Origin: Paludibacteraceae bacterium
GTDB lineage: Bacteria > Bacteroidota > Bacteroidia > Bacteroidales > Paludibacteraceae
Direction: 5' to 3'
NCBI GenBank assembly: GCA_017525455.1
Contig: JAFXSS010000152.1
Location: 649 to 64,648, forward strand
DNA length: 64,000 nucleotides
A program made the position numbers and the translations under genes. The notes beneath the pieces were generated by a model. The model was given only the letters and a program-made list of their open reading frames with translations, searched no databases and was not told the origin of the DNA. Position 1 is the first letter of the stretch. Each line of letters starts with the position of its first letter. Shown in pieces: positions 1 through 9,211 of the stretch.

Positions 1-294
1 AATACCCAGGCACTGGCAGAAAGCCAGCGTGTCAAAGCCGTGACGCATCTCCTGAAAGATAAGAGTAACCTCGTAGATAGGCTGGTTGAACACCAGCAGT
101 TCGCCATTGCGGTCGTAGATAAGTCCGCGAGACGGGTAAATGATCTGACGAAGCAGAGCATTGCTGTCAGCCTTCTGCTTCTGCGACTGGTCGATGATCT
201 GCAACCAAAACAGCCGGACAATGAAAATCAGCACCACAAACACAACGGATGCGGCGATGATATATGCTCGACGGCTGTAAGGATCGTTGGTCAT
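1..294 (-). CDS. mrdA: penicillin-binding protein 2 (peptidoglycan transpeptidase), first 98 codons; gene runs off the left edge
   Basis: Not in the ORF track because it is truncated. The minus-strand ATG at 292-294 gives MTNDPYSRRAYIIAASVVFVVLIFIVRLFWLQIID...YPSRGLIYDRNGELLV. This is a TM anchor plus the PBP2-type N-terminal motif. It lies directly downstream of mreB-mreC-mreD. Confidence 0.75.
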   Translation of the reverse strand, partial: MTNDPYSRRAYIIAASVVFVVLIFIVRLFWLQIIDQSQKQKADSNALLRQIIYPSRGLIYDRNGELLVFNQPIYEVTLIFQEMRHGFDTLAFCQCLGI

Positions 295-331
295 TTACGA
301 ATTAGGCATTTGCGATTAGGCAATTGGGCGT

Positions 332-829
332 TTAGGTATTTTTGCGAACGTACTCAAACATCAGTACAAGCGCAAAACTAAACAGTCCGCTAAAGATAAT
401 TTGCAGCAAAGTTATACCAAAATGACGGAACGTGAACGCCTCCAACAGAAAAACCATTGTATGATGCACCAGAACCAACACAGTAAGCATACGCAGATAG
501 TTGCTCATGCCGATTGCCTGAATCGTTATGCCACCCTTCATACGCTCGATATCCTGCACGTAATGTGCCACAAGCAACGGACGCAAGTAGGCAATCATCA
601 CACATGCGGCCATATGTATACCGGGAGCGTGCGTACTGATATCCATAACAGCACCAATAGCCGCTCCGATAAGCATCTGCGCCCAACGAGGCAATTCGAT
701 AGGCAACATAATGATTGCCCAAATATACACGAACGGATGCACCAGTCCCAACCAATGCAAGTTATCCAGCAACAGCACCTGCAAGAACAGGAGCAAAGCC
801 AGAATACCTATGTAGCGGAGCCAATTCAC
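332..829 (-). CDS. mreD: rod shape-determining protein MreD (GTG start)
   Basis: 165 aa polytopic membrane protein immediately after mreC. The start codon at 827-829 reads GTG on the minus strand. Confidence 0.8.
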   Translation of the reverse strand: MNWLRYIGILALLLFLQVLLLDNLHWLGLVHPFVYIWAIIMLPIELPRWAQMLIGAAIGAVMDISTHAPGIHMAACVMIAYLRPLLVAHYVQDIERMKGGITIQAIGMSNYLRMLTVLVLVHHTMVFLLEAFTFRHFGITLLQIIFSGLFSFALVLMFEYVRKNT

Positions 830-878
830 GTCGGTTGAATGTTACGTATTGAATGTTTATGTGTTGCAGGACAAATGA

Positions 879-1763
879 CTACTGAATAGAGTCAAGTTCT
901 GCACGGTGGTTATAATGCAAGATATGTACGGTGCGAAGCGAGTGGAAATCAGTAGCCAACGCCACATCGATATCGTAATACGAATCACCCTCACCGAGCG
1001 AGACTTCGGACACGACGCCTACCGGCACATTGGCCGGGAAGATAGCGCTCAATCCGCTGGTGACGATAGTATCGCCAACCTGCACATTCACATGCCGGGC
1101 AACATCCTCAAGTTTGGCCGTGCCGATATCGGGTGTGTGCCAATGGAGGGTAGCCATATAATCATTCTTGCTAATCATCGAGGAGATGAATATTCCCTCA
1201 TGAATGACAGGTGCCACGACTGAGAAATGTGCGCTGACCGACTGCACGACACCAACTATACCATCCTTGCCAATCACTCCCTGGTCGGGCATCACGCCAT
1301 CACGCTCACCACGGTTAAGCGTGAGGTAGTTGTGATGACGGTCGTTGCTGAAAGCAATAACCCGTGCAGGAATAAACGAGTAATCAAGATCGGCAGCGAT
1401 ATATGGCGATTCAACTCCGGTAAAACCCCGAGTATTGTCTAGGATTGTCCCTGTGTTCGCCTTGTCTTGCCCCAAGCCTGCAGCGTTGCTGTTCAGTTCG
1501 CGAGCATTGGTCAGACTCATGATTTGCCGGTTCAGTCTGGCGTTCTCCTCAAGCAGTTGCTCGTTGTCAGCCCGCAGACGGAAATAGGATGCCACATTAT
1601 CCACCGTAAGCTGAATACTACCGGTGACAGCATTGGCTGCTCCCTGCATAGCAATCTGCTGGTACTTATTGCCACGGATAACGAGAATAAAAGCAACAAC
1701 TTCCAAGCCCACCAAGAGCAGGAAGTTGCTGTATCGTACTATCAGTTGCAATAAGTTGCGCAT
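879..1763 (-). CDS. mreC: rod shape-determining protein MreC
   Basis: 294 aa with an N-terminal TM segment, a coiled-coil (LEENARLNRQI) and a beta-rich C-terminus. It sits between mreB and mreD. Confidence 0.85.
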   Translation of the reverse strand: MRNLLQLIVRYSNFLLLVGLEVVAFILVIRGNKYQQIAMQGAANAVTGSIQLTVDNVASYFRLRADNEQLLEENARLNRQIMSLTNARELNSNAAGLGQDKANTGTILDNTRGFTGVESPYIAADLDYSFIPARVIAFSNDRHHNYLTLNRGERDGVMPDQGVIGKDGIVGVVQSVSAHFSVVAPVIHEGIFISSMISKNDYMATLHWHTPDIGTAKLEDVARHVNVQVGDTIVTSGLSAIFPANVPVGVVSEVSLGEGDSYYDIDVALATDFHSLRTVHILHYNHRAELDSIQ

Positions 1764-1817
1764 TGATAGTTAATAGTTAATAATCAACAGTTAACAATTA
1801 ACGATTAACCGCAGTGA

Positions 1818-2837
1818 TCATCGAATCAGGAATCCGAAGCGGTCGTAGTTCTTGAGCGCAATACCCGTGCCTCGTGCTACGGACAAAAGCGGCGCCTCTG
1901 CTACATGGAAGGGGATAGTAATCTTATCCTCCAGACGCTTGGCCAGTCCGTGGAGTTGTGCTCCACCGCCTGCGAGATAGATACCGCGTGCCACAATATC
2001 GGCATAAAGCTCAGCCGGCGTAGCCTCGAGCGCAGCCAGTACGGCTTGCTCGATACGCGAGATCGATTTCTCCAAGCAGTGTGCTATCTCCTGATAGCTA
2101 ACCTGCACCTTCATCGGCAGCGCGGTTACTTTGTTAGGTCCGGTAACCAGATAATCCTCGGGTGCATCCTCAAGTTCGGGCAGAGCAGCGCCAACCGCAA
2201 TCTTGATACGCTCGGCCGTCGGTTCGTCGATACGCATATTGTGCATACGGCTCATGAAGTCGATGATATCGCGGTTGAAGTCATCGCCTGCAGTCTTGAT
2301 GGACTTGTTAGCCACTATACCGCCAAGCGAAATAACAGCGATCTCGGTTGTACCGCCACCTATATCTACGACCATGCATCCTTCCGGTGCTTCGACATCG
2401 ATACCGATGCCTATAGCGGCAGCCATCGGCTCGTAAAGCATATAGATCTCACGTCCACCGGCATGCTCGCAGCTGTCACGTACGGCACGGATCTCAACTT
2501 CCGTACAACCTGAGGGTATACCTACCACCATACGGATAGCCGGTGTGAACAGTCGGTTCTTTTGCGGAATCATCTTAATCAGTCCGCGTATCATCATCTC
2601 ACACGCCTGGAAGTCAGCAATGACGCCTTCCTTCAACGGACGTACGGTACGTATCTGCTGGCTGCCACGGCCAATCATCTGTTGCGCCTTGCGGCCTACT
2701 GCCAGGCACTTGTTGTCTGCAACAGAGATGGCTACCACACTCGGCTCGTTGACAACGATTTGGTCGTCATACATAATGAGAGTGTTGGCTGTTCCAAGGT
2801 CAATTGCAATCTCTTGGGTAAAGGAGAAAAAAGCCAT
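1818..2837 (-). CDS. mreB: rod shape-determining protein MreB (actin-like ATPase)
   Basis: IAIDLGTANTLI and DIGGGTTEIAVISLGG actin-fold phosphate motifs; 339 aa. Confidence 0.95.
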   Translation of the reverse strand: MAFFSFTQEIAIDLGTANTLIMYDDQIVVNEPSVVAISVADNKCLAVGRKAQQMIGRGSQQIRTVRPLKEGVIADFQACEMMIRGLIKMIPQKNRLFTPAIRMVVGIPSGCTEVEIRAVRDSCEHAGGREIYMLYEPMAAAIGIGIDVEAPEGCMVVDIGGGTTEIAVISLGGIVANKSIKTAGDDFNRDIIDFMSRMHNMRIDEPTAERIKIAVGAALPELEDAPEDYLVTGPNKVTALPMKVQVSYQEIAHCLEKSISRIEQAVLAALEATPAELYADIVARGIYLAGGGAQLHGLAKRLEDKITIPFHVAEAPLLSVARGTGIALKNYDRFGFLIR

Positions 2838-2875
2838 AGTGATTATGATTTAGTCATTTACTATTCAATCAGTTT

Positions 2876-3283
2876 TTATACAGGGTCAATAGCCTGTGCG
2901 ATGGAATTGGCTATCTGTGCCATCTCATCAGCGGGAAGCGAAAGCTTGGGGTTGGTAAAGAGCATATCCCGTTCCGAGTTCATCGGCACGAGATGAATAT
3001 GCACATGATTAACCTCCATGCCAAGCACAGCCACACCAACACGCTTGCATCCGGTAGCCTTCTTGATGCCGGCGGCTACTTTCTTGGCAAACAGCATGAG
3101 ACTTGCGAGCAACTCATCATCAAGGTCGAATATATAATCTGCTTCCGGTTCGGGCAACTTGGGGATAACCAAAGTGTGCCCCTTCACCAGCGGATTGATG
3201 TCAAGAAAAGCATAGCAGCAATCGCTCTCAGCCACCTTGTAACTGGGAATCTCACCATTGATGATTTTTGTGAAAATTGTCAT
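2876..3283 (-). CDS. HIT family (histidine triad) protein
   Basis: 135 aa with the HVHIHLVP histidine-triad motif near the C-terminus. Confidence 0.9.
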   Translation of the reverse strand: MTIFTKIINGEIPSYKVAESDCCYAFLDINPLVKGHTLVIPKLPEPEADYIFDLDDELLASLMLFAKKVAAGIKKATGCKRVGVAVLGMEVNHVHIHLVPMNSERDMLFTNPKLSLPADEMAQIANSIAQAIDPV

Positions 3284-3328
3284 AACCGATTACGTAGTTA
3301 GTACATTACTTTTTCAATACTTACATCA

Positions 3329-3799
3329 TTAAAGAGAAATCTCCAGCACCTCAAGTTCGAGAATGCCTGCGGGAACAGTAACCTGCGCCACTTCACCGAC
3401 TTTCTTTCCCAGCAATCCTTTGGCGATGGGTGTAGTAGAAGCAATCTTTCCCTCGGCAAGGTTAGCCTCGCTCTCGGTTACAATCTGATAGACTTTCTCA
3501 GCCCCATTCCTCTTATTACGTACACGTACGCGCGTGAGGATCTGCACCTCGTCGGTGTTGATAGTCGTTTCGTCAATAATGCGTGCATCAACAATCTTGC
3601 TCTTGAGTATAGCGATGCGCGTTTCCAAATGTCCTTGTTCCTCCTTGGCAGCATCGTATTCGGCATTTTCGCTGAGATCGCCTTTATCGCGTGCCTCTGC
3701 GATTGCCGCAATAACTCGCGGACGCTCCACGCTCTCAAGGAAGGACAGTTCTTCTTTCAGTTTCTGCAGACCTTCTGCAGTCATATAAGTTGTTGCCAT
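3329..3799 (-). CDS. greA: transcription elongation factor GreA
   Basis: 156 aa. It has the N-terminal coiled-coil with the DLSENAEYDAAKEEQ acidic tip motif and a C-terminal FKBP-like domain. Confidence 0.95.
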   Translation of the reverse strand: MATTYMTAEGLQKLKEELSFLESVERPRVIAAIAEARDKGDLSENAEYDAAKEEQGHLETRIAILKSKIVDARIIDETTINTDEVQILTRVRVRNKRNGAEKVYQIVTESEANLAEGKIASTTPIAKGLLGKKVGEVAQVTVPAGILELEVLEISL

Positions 3800-3820
3800 A
3801 TATAGTATATTAATTATCTC

Positions 3821-4015
3821 CTAATACTTGCGGTTGAGAATCTCGGCAGCTATGAAAGCCTTGCGGAACATGTCAGGATTGCTCAAGTCCAACAAATCGT
3901 TCTCGTTATCCGCAATGCTTGTCTGCGGCTGCTCGACATGATGCGTTGGTGCAACCATTGCGGCTACCACATGCGATTGTTCTCCGTTCTTAGTTTTAGC
4001 CTTCTTCTTTGCCAT
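3821..4015 (-). CDS. hypothetical small protein (64 aa) just upstream of greA
   Basis: ATG-initiated ORF ending 21 nt upstream of greA. No recognisable motif, so coding status is uncertain. Confidence 0.4.
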   Translation of the reverse strand: MAKKKAKTKNGEQSHVVAAMVAPTHHVEQPQTSIADNENDLLDLSNPDMFRKAFIAAEILNRKY

Positions 4016-4035
4016 AATTCACAACACTTAAACGA

Positions 4036-4091
4036 TGCAATCCCGGGTCTCCCGCGAGTTTGCTACTCGCTGAGGGCGACAGATGCTTGCA
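4036..4091 (-). promoter_or_regulatory. 56-nt imperfect three-tier hairpin in the 5' leader of the 64-codon ORF/greA
   Basis: Pairings read off the sequence: TGCAA(4036-40)/TTGCA(4087-91), GTCTCCC(4047-53)/GGGCGAC(4074-80, 1 mismatch), CGAGT(4055-59)/ACTCG(4065-69). Confidence 0.3.
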
Positions 4092-4099
4092 CCGTTGAT
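4064..4099 (-). terminator. intrinsic-terminator-like hairpin (leader terminator or small-RNA 3' end)
   Basis: Minus-strand RNA reads AACAGGAGG-cugggaag-UUUCCUGUU followed by GUUUUUAG. The two inner pairs are G.U, so they form only in the minus-strand transcript. Confidence 0.4.
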
Positions 4100-4246
4100 A
4101 ATTTTTTCCTTAATAAAAAACAAAACAAAAAAGTCTTCACAGCAAGGTAATTTTTGTCAGGTTCTAAAAACAACAGGAAACTTCCCAGCCTCCTGTTGCC
4201 ATTAAACCTAAACCTTAACTATGAAAATTTTATTTGTTTTCGAGTG

Positions 4247-4254
4247 CAAAGGTA
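4247..4254 (-). promoter_or_regulatory. Bacteroidota-type -7 promoter box (TAccTTTG)
   Basis: CAAAGGTA on the plus strand is TACCTTTG on the minus strand. A TTTGCA -33-like element lies about 20 nt upstream. Confidence 0.5.
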
Positions 4255-4375
4255 ATACATTTATTTTAATTATGCAAATATTTTTGCAAAAAAAAGCTCT
4301 TTTATAGTGTTTTTTTTTGTTTTTTTCGAAAAAAGCCCATTTTTGAACACAAAGTACTTCAAAAAAAGAGGGTTT

Positions 4376-5719
4376 TCATCGCTCATTTTCGACAGGTTCA
4401 CCCTTGAGTGTTGCAGCCGAAGCGGAGATTATTCTGACGTTGACCAGTTCACCTATATGGTGTCCGCCACGAGGGAAGACAACTGTCTTGTACTGCGAAG
4501 TACGACCGTACATATCATCATGGCTGCGTTTGGAGAATCCTTCAACCAGAACTTCAACCACCTTACCTATCTCACGCTGATTGCTCTCAAGCGAAAGGTT
4601 GTTCTGCAGAGCGATGATCTCGTTGAGTCGGCGCACTTTTTCCTCTTCGGGGATATTGTCCGGAAGATGTTTTTGCGCATAGGTACCCGGGCGCTCCGAG
4701 TACTTGAACATGAATGCCGTGTCAAAGCCCACCTCACACATAAGCGAGAGAGTCTGAGCATGATCCTCAAGCGTCTCATCATGGAAACCGCAGAACACAT
4801 CCGTGCCAATCGTTGCATCCGGCACGATGCGCCGTATAGCAGCTATGCGCTCCAGGTACCACTCGCGCGTGTACTTGCGGTTCATGAGTTTGAGAATCTT
4901 GTTGCTACCGCTCTGCACGGGCAGATGGATGAACTTGCAGATATTTGCATTGTCAGCAATAACGTGCAAAGTCTTGTCGCTCATATCCTTAGGGTGCGAG
5001 GTCGTAAAGCGAATTCGCATGTCGGGAACAGCATCAGCCACCATCTGCAGCAGGTCGGCGAAATCGATACATTGGCCATTGGCTATTTGGTCATCAGCCG
5101 GTTGCCAACAGTAGGAGTTGACGTTCTGCCCGAGCAAAGTAACCTCCTTGTAACCACGGCTACGGAGATCGAGAACCTCGTTGAGTATACTTTGTACATC
5201 ACGCGAGCGCTCGCGTCCGCGAGTATAAGGTACAACACAATATGAGCAGAAATTATTGCAGCCTCGCATGATGCTGACAAAGCCCGATATCTGTTTGCCT
5301 ATACGTGCCGGAAGAATGTCGGCATAGGTCTCGGTGGTACTGAGTTGCACGTTGATAGCCTGAAATCCCTGCTCGCACTGAGCAATGAGATTAGGCAAAT
5401 CCTGATATGCATCCGGTCCGGCTACAAAGTCAACTTTGTAGTCGCGCAGCAATTGTTCGCCCATGCGTTCGGCCATACAACCAATGACGCCTATCAGTCG
5501 GCGCTTGTTGTGTTTGCCACCCGCCAGTTCCTGCAAACGATGTTGCACACGCTGCTCGGCATTGTCGCGAATAGAGCACGTGTTCAGCAAAATAATATCC
5601 GCATCGGATATATCGTCGGTCAGCTCAGCATCGGTGGTTTGCAAAATAGCAGCTACCACTTCACTATCCGCCACGTTCATCTGGCAGCCGTAGGTTTCGA
5701 TGTAAAATGTCTTTGACAT
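4376..5719 (-). CDS. miaB: tRNA (N6-isopentenyl adenosine(37)-C2)-methylthiotransferase MiaB
   Basis: MSKTFYIETYGCQMNVADSE N-terminus, radical SAM motif CNNFCSYC and a TRAM C-terminus. I chose the ATG at 5717-5719; the track's 5728 start is a TTG. Confidence 0.95.
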   Translation of the reverse strand: MSKTFYIETYGCQMNVADSEVVAAILQTTDAELTDDISDADIILLNTCSIRDNAEQRVQHRLQELAGGKHNKRRLIGVIGCMAERMGEQLLRDYKVDFVAGPDAYQDLPNLIAQCEQGFQAINVQLSTTETYADILPARIGKQISGFVSIMRGCNNFCSYCVVPYTRGRERSRDVQSILNEVLDLRSRGYKEVTLLGQNVNSYCWQPADDQIANGQCIDFADLLQMVADAVPDMRIRFTTSHPKDMSDKTLHVIADNANICKFIHLPVQSGSNKILKLMNRKYTREWYLERIAAIRRIVPDATIGTDVFCGFHDETLEDHAQTLSLMCEVGFDTAFMFKYSERPGTYAQKHLPDNIPEEEKVRRLNEIIALQNNLSLESNQREIGKVVEVLVEGFSKRSHDDMYGRTSQYKTVVFPRGGHHIGELVNVRIISASAATLKGEPVENER

Positions 5720-5748
5720 CCAATTCAAAAAATCAAAAAATTAAAGAT

Positions 5749-6594
5749 TTAAACCATGAGCCTGTACGCTTTAGGCGTAACCGATGTATGAGTCTTGAAG
5801 AATCGGTTGAAGAAAGCCACGTTGTCAAATCCCAACGACAATGCTATCTCCTTGACCTGCAGGTTGGTAAGTTTGAGTTTGGCCTTAGCATCGGTAATGA
5901 TTGCCTCCACAATCAGATCGCCTGCGGTCTTGTTGCTTACCTGCTTGATAGTAGCACAGAGGTGCGGCAGGGTGATATGCATCGTTTCAGCGTATTTGGA
6001 CACGTGATGCCACTCATGGTAATGCTTCAGCACCAGGTTGCAATACTCGTAATATATTTCATTTTTGCGATCCTGCGGACGCAGAGTAGTCTCCGACTGT
6101 GCACGGAAGAAGCCGTTGTACGTCATCTGCAAGATGTTGTAAACATTGACCATCTTCTCGGTGTTCAGCAACGAAGGTGTACAGTTGGTGGCGTCAATGA
6201 GCAATTTACATGAGTTAACCATTATGCCGGCCTGTTCAGCGGTAAGTGTAACGATGGGCGAATGCATGTGCATAGCATTGGCTGTCAGGCGGGTCTGGAA
6301 AGTATTCTTCTCCATAAACGATGAACTGAACAGCACGTAGTACACCAGAGCATCCTCGGAAAACTCATGTATCAGCAGAAACGATCCAGACTCGAGCAGT
6401 AACGCATCATTGGCATGAAAGTCGTACTGCGTAACATTGATAGTCGCTCTGGCATTTCCGCGCGCCAGAATAGCAAACACCGTACACTGAATCTTACACG
6501 GATAACGACCGTACTCGTTCATGATTCTGCCGCTGGCATCACCAATCAGGTAATCCTTCGGGCAGTCTAACAAGGGAATTGTGTTGTCTTGCAT
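5749..6594 (-). CDS. AraC family transcriptional regulator
   Basis: The C-terminal double HTH (IALSLGFDNVAFFNRFFKTHTSVTPKAYR) is typical of AraC/XylS. The start was moved to the ATG at 6592-6594 because a TAtcTTTG promoter box lies inside the longer ORF. Confidence 0.85.
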   Translation of the reverse strand: MQDNTIPLLDCPKDYLIGDASGRIMNEYGRYPCKIQCTVFAILARGNARATINVTQYDFHANDALLLESGSFLLIHEFSEDALVYYVLFSSSFMEKNTFQTRLTANAMHMHSPIVTLTAEQAGIMVNSCKLLIDATNCTPSLLNTEKMVNVYNILQMTYNGFFRAQSETTLRPQDRKNEIYYEYCNLVLKHYHEWHHVSKYAETMHITLPHLCATIKQVSNKTAGDLIVEAIITDAKAKLKLTNLQVKEIALSLGFDNVAFFNRFFKTHTSVTPKAYRLMV

Positions 6595-6640
6595 AGCAGT
6601 AATGTATCTCAACTTGCGTCCGTTAGTTCGAACGCGAGCA

Positions 6641-6648
6641 CAAAGATA
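6641..6648 (-). promoter_or_regulatory. -7 promoter box (TAtcTTTG) for the AraC-family gene
   Basis: CAAAGATA on the plus strand, about 45 nt upstream of the ATG at 6594. Confidence 0.5.
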
Positions 6649-6746
6649 CAAAAAAGAAATCATTTTTTAAGCACATTCTTAAAAAAAGCACGCTTTTGGT
6701 GTCAAAAACGTACTTTTTGTAAGATAATCCTTAAAAAAGATAGACC

Positions 6747-7415
6747 TTATTGAGGTAAATTATACCACAGCTCCAGTTGTTCGTTGAATGCCCTGCGCTC
6801 GAGTTTGGACCACTCACGCAGTCGGTCGGTCATATCCTCAAAATGCATTGTAATATGACGGCGCAGCACAGGACGGGTCTTTTGCTTACTGAAAAAACTG
6901 TCATCCAATCCTGTTGTTCGCACCATGATAACCCGCACATCGGCATAGGTCTGCCGATTCTCCGGTGCAAACAATCCTTGACAGACCTCATACGCCAGCC
7001 GGCGGTTACCGATAGACTCCATCGGAGTACGACGTATATGCCCAGAAGGATAGAACAGCAGGTCATCGCCATCGGCAAGGGTCTGCAGAGCAGTAGTTGT
7101 AAGTTGTCGCGCCTTGGCAGCGCTCTGCTCACGATGATCGGCCGAGGTTGCCGGCAAGTCAGGCACTACGATAGCACCGGCCAGATTAAGTGCCCAGCGG
7201 GATACGGGCTTGCGGAAGAACGCCTCATCGGCCATCGGACGGAGTATAACTTCGGGAAATTCGGCACACAGCATAGGTGGCTCGACATACGCCGGATGAT
7301 TGGGCAGCACCAAATGCACCTTACCGTCACGCAGCAATTCACCGTCCTCGGTGCGGATATCATAATGCAGATGAAACAACCATCTGGCAAACTTGGCTAC
7401 TTGTATACGGGTCAT
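6747..7415 (-). CDS. lysophospholipid / 1-acyl-sn-glycerol-3-phosphate acyltransferase family protein
   Basis: 222 aa. NHPAYVEP resembles the HX4D/E acyltransferase block, followed by a VVPD-type second block. It is the last gene of the gyrB-kds string. Confidence 0.6.
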   Translation of the reverse strand: MTRIQVAKFARWLFHLHYDIRTEDGELLRDGKVHLVLPNHPAYVEPPMLCAEFPEVILRPMADEAFFRKPVSRWALNLAGAIVVPDLPATSADHREQSAAKARQLTTTALQTLADGDDLLFYPSGHIRRTPMESIGNRRLAYEVCQGLFAPENRQTYADVRVIMVRTTGLDDSFFSKQKTRPVLRRHITMHFEDMTDRLREWSKLERRAFNEQLELWYNLPQ

Positions 7416-7435
7416 AACACGCGCTACCGTTTACC

Positions 7436-8425
7436 TTAAGCAAAATCGATAATATGATGGATGGAGATTATACCGATGATAGCCTCGGTCTCAGGCGACT
7501 CGGTCACAGCAAGAGTAGTGATATTAAACTTATCCATGATAGCCAGTGCCTCTGACAACAGGGCATTCTTGGCTATACGCTTGTAGCTCGGAGTCATCAC
7601 ATCCGCTGCTACGATGTGCAGATCATCGTATTTCTGTATGGCTCGACGCAAGTCACCATCCGTGATGATTCCTACACACCGGTCTGTCACAGCCGGTTGG
7701 GTAGTAGTCTGTCCCGATGAATGCTCGTACACCATTGTCATACCAAGGTGGTGAGCTGTCATTTCGCGAACCAGGTCGCGGAACGATGTATCGGTGAACA
7801 CGCGCGGCACGGATTGCGTCATGTGATTATCAACACGTCCTAATAACTTACGTCCCAATGCTCCTCCCGGATGATACACTGCGAAGTTCTCGGCTTGGAA
7901 ATGCCGTTTCTCCATCAGGCATACCATCAGTGCATCACCCATCAGCAGGGTGGCGGTGGTAGAAGTAGTAGGGGCCAGACCAAGCGGACAAACTTCCTTA
8001 TCCACATGTACGGACAAAACGAGATCGCAGCGTTGTGCCAACGGTGATTGCATGTTACCGGTCATGGCTATCAATCGGCAACCCATCTGATGCAAGGGGT
8101 CGATAACTGCCAGGATCTCGTTGGTAGCGCCGCTGTTGCTTACCAGCAGCACCACATCATCCTTCGATACCATACCCAAATCACCATGCACAGCTTCAGC
8201 TGCGTTGACGAAGATAGCCGGGGTACCGGTTGATGCAAACGAAGAGGCAATCTTATGACCGATTATACCCGTCTTGCCTATACCCGTAACGACAATCTTG
8301 CCCTTACAAGTGTACAAGACATCCACCACCTCGGCAAACGACGAATCGATAGTGTCTGCCAACGCAGTCAGTTCACGTATTTCCTCACGGAATATATCTT
8401 TAGCCCTTTGTGCGATATCTGTCAT
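7436..8425 (-). CDS. kdsD: arabinose-5-phosphate isomerase (KpsF/GutQ family; SIS + tandem CBS)
   Basis: GKIVVTGIGKTGIIGHKIASSFASTG SIS motif plus C-terminal CBS pair. Adjacent to kdsA. Confidence 0.9.
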   Translation of the reverse strand: MTDIAQRAKDIFREEIRELTALADTIDSSFAEVVDVLYTCKGKIVVTGIGKTGIIGHKIASSFASTGTPAIFVNAAEAVHGDLGMVSKDDVVLLVSNSGATNEILAVIDPLHQMGCRLIAMTGNMQSPLAQRCDLVLSVHVDKEVCPLGLAPTTSTTATLLMGDALMVCLMEKRHFQAENFAVYHPGGALGRKLLGRVDNHMTQSVPRVFTDTSFRDLVREMTAHHLGMTMVYEHSSGQTTTQPAVTDRCVGIITDGDLRRAIQKYDDLHIVAADVMTPSYKRIAKNALLSEALAIMDKFNITTLAVTESPETEAIIGIISIHHIIDFA

Positions 8426-8428
8426 CAG

Positions 8429-9208
8429 TTATCTCGTTTTGTGTGCCAGTTCGTCAAAGACCTTAGCCTCTGTCAGCAACCGGCGTATATCCGTCAACCG
8501 CAGTTGGTTGGCAGCATCACTAATAGCCTTGTCGGGATCAGGATGCACCTCCAGGAACAACCCATCGATTCCTACAGCCAAAGCAGCACGCATTAATGGC
8601 GGCACAAGTTCGCGATTGCCACCTGTCACGCCTTGTGCGGAAGAAGGCTGCTGCACTGAGTGAGTGGCGTCGAACACAATCGGACAACCGTACTCACGCA
8701 TTCTAACCAGCGAAGTCATGTCCACTACCAGATTGCCATAGCCAAACGATGAGCCGCGTTCTGTCAGCCACACTTTGCCTTGCGGAGCCACTTCCCGACA
8801 TTTGGCGATAGCGCCGCTCATGTCCCATGGAGCCATGAACTGCCCTTTCTTGATGTTCACTATCCTGCCTGTGCGCGCTGCAGCCTGCAGCAAATCAGTC
8901 TGCCGACTGAGAAATGCAGGGATTTGAAGCACTTCGGCAATCTCGGCCACCGGAGCGCACTGATAACTCTCGTGCACATCCGTCAGTATAGGCAAACCGT
9001 AACGCTGTTTGACTTCAGCCAATATGCGCAGCCCTTCAGTCATCCCCACGCCTCTGCCAGAAGATGAGGATGTGCGGTTGGCTTTATCGAACGACGACTT
9101 GAAGTACAACGGGATGTCCAAATCACGACATACCTGTTGCAATTCGGCTGCTGTATCCAGCACCATCTGTTCGCCTTCTATAGCGCAGGGACCGGCTATC
9201 AGGAACAT
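8429..9208 (-). CDS. kdsA: 3-deoxy-8-phosphooctulonate (KDO8P) synthase
   Basis: FLIAGPCAIE, FKSSFDKANRTS and LTDVHE motifs; 259 aa. Confidence 0.95.
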   Translation of the reverse strand: MFLIAGPCAIEGEQMVLDTAAELQQVCRDLDIPLYFKSSFDKANRTSSSSGRGVGMTEGLRILAEVKQRYGLPILTDVHESYQCAPVAEIAEVLQIPAFLSRQTDLLQAAARTGRIVNIKKGQFMAPWDMSGAIAKCREVAPQGKVWLTERGSSFGYGNLVVDMTSLVRMREYGCPIVFDATHSVQQPSSAQGVTGGNRELVPPLMRAALAVGIDGLFLEVHPDPDKAISDAANQLRLTDIRRLLTEAKVFDELAHKTR

Positions 9209-9211
9209 ATA

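Noticed and set aside
40-381. Plus-strand 113 aa ORF at the left edge.
   Set aside because: The opposite strand encodes a convincing PBP2 N-terminus (1-294) in the expected mreBCD-mrdA position. The plus-strand product has no recognisable features.
4036-4091. The greA-upstream hairpin as an SRP (4.5S) RNA or other known ncRNA.
   Set aside because: It lacks the conserved SRP domain IV features (GNRA tetraloop, and the AGCA/GGAA symmetric-loop sequence context). No other Rfam family could be recognised by eye. It is kept only as an unclassified leader structure.
6595-6663. N-terminal extensions proposed by the ORF track for several genes: 6595-6663, 15012-15080, 16337-16405, 18412-18462, 22232-22270, 24199-24288, 26316-26477, 38201-38239, 38422-38484 and 55551-55595.
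   Set aside because: Each extension runs through a TAnnTTTG promoter box, a terminator hairpin or the neighbouring gene's stop codon. In every case an internal ATG immediately precedes a textbook signal peptide or a conserved N-terminal motif.
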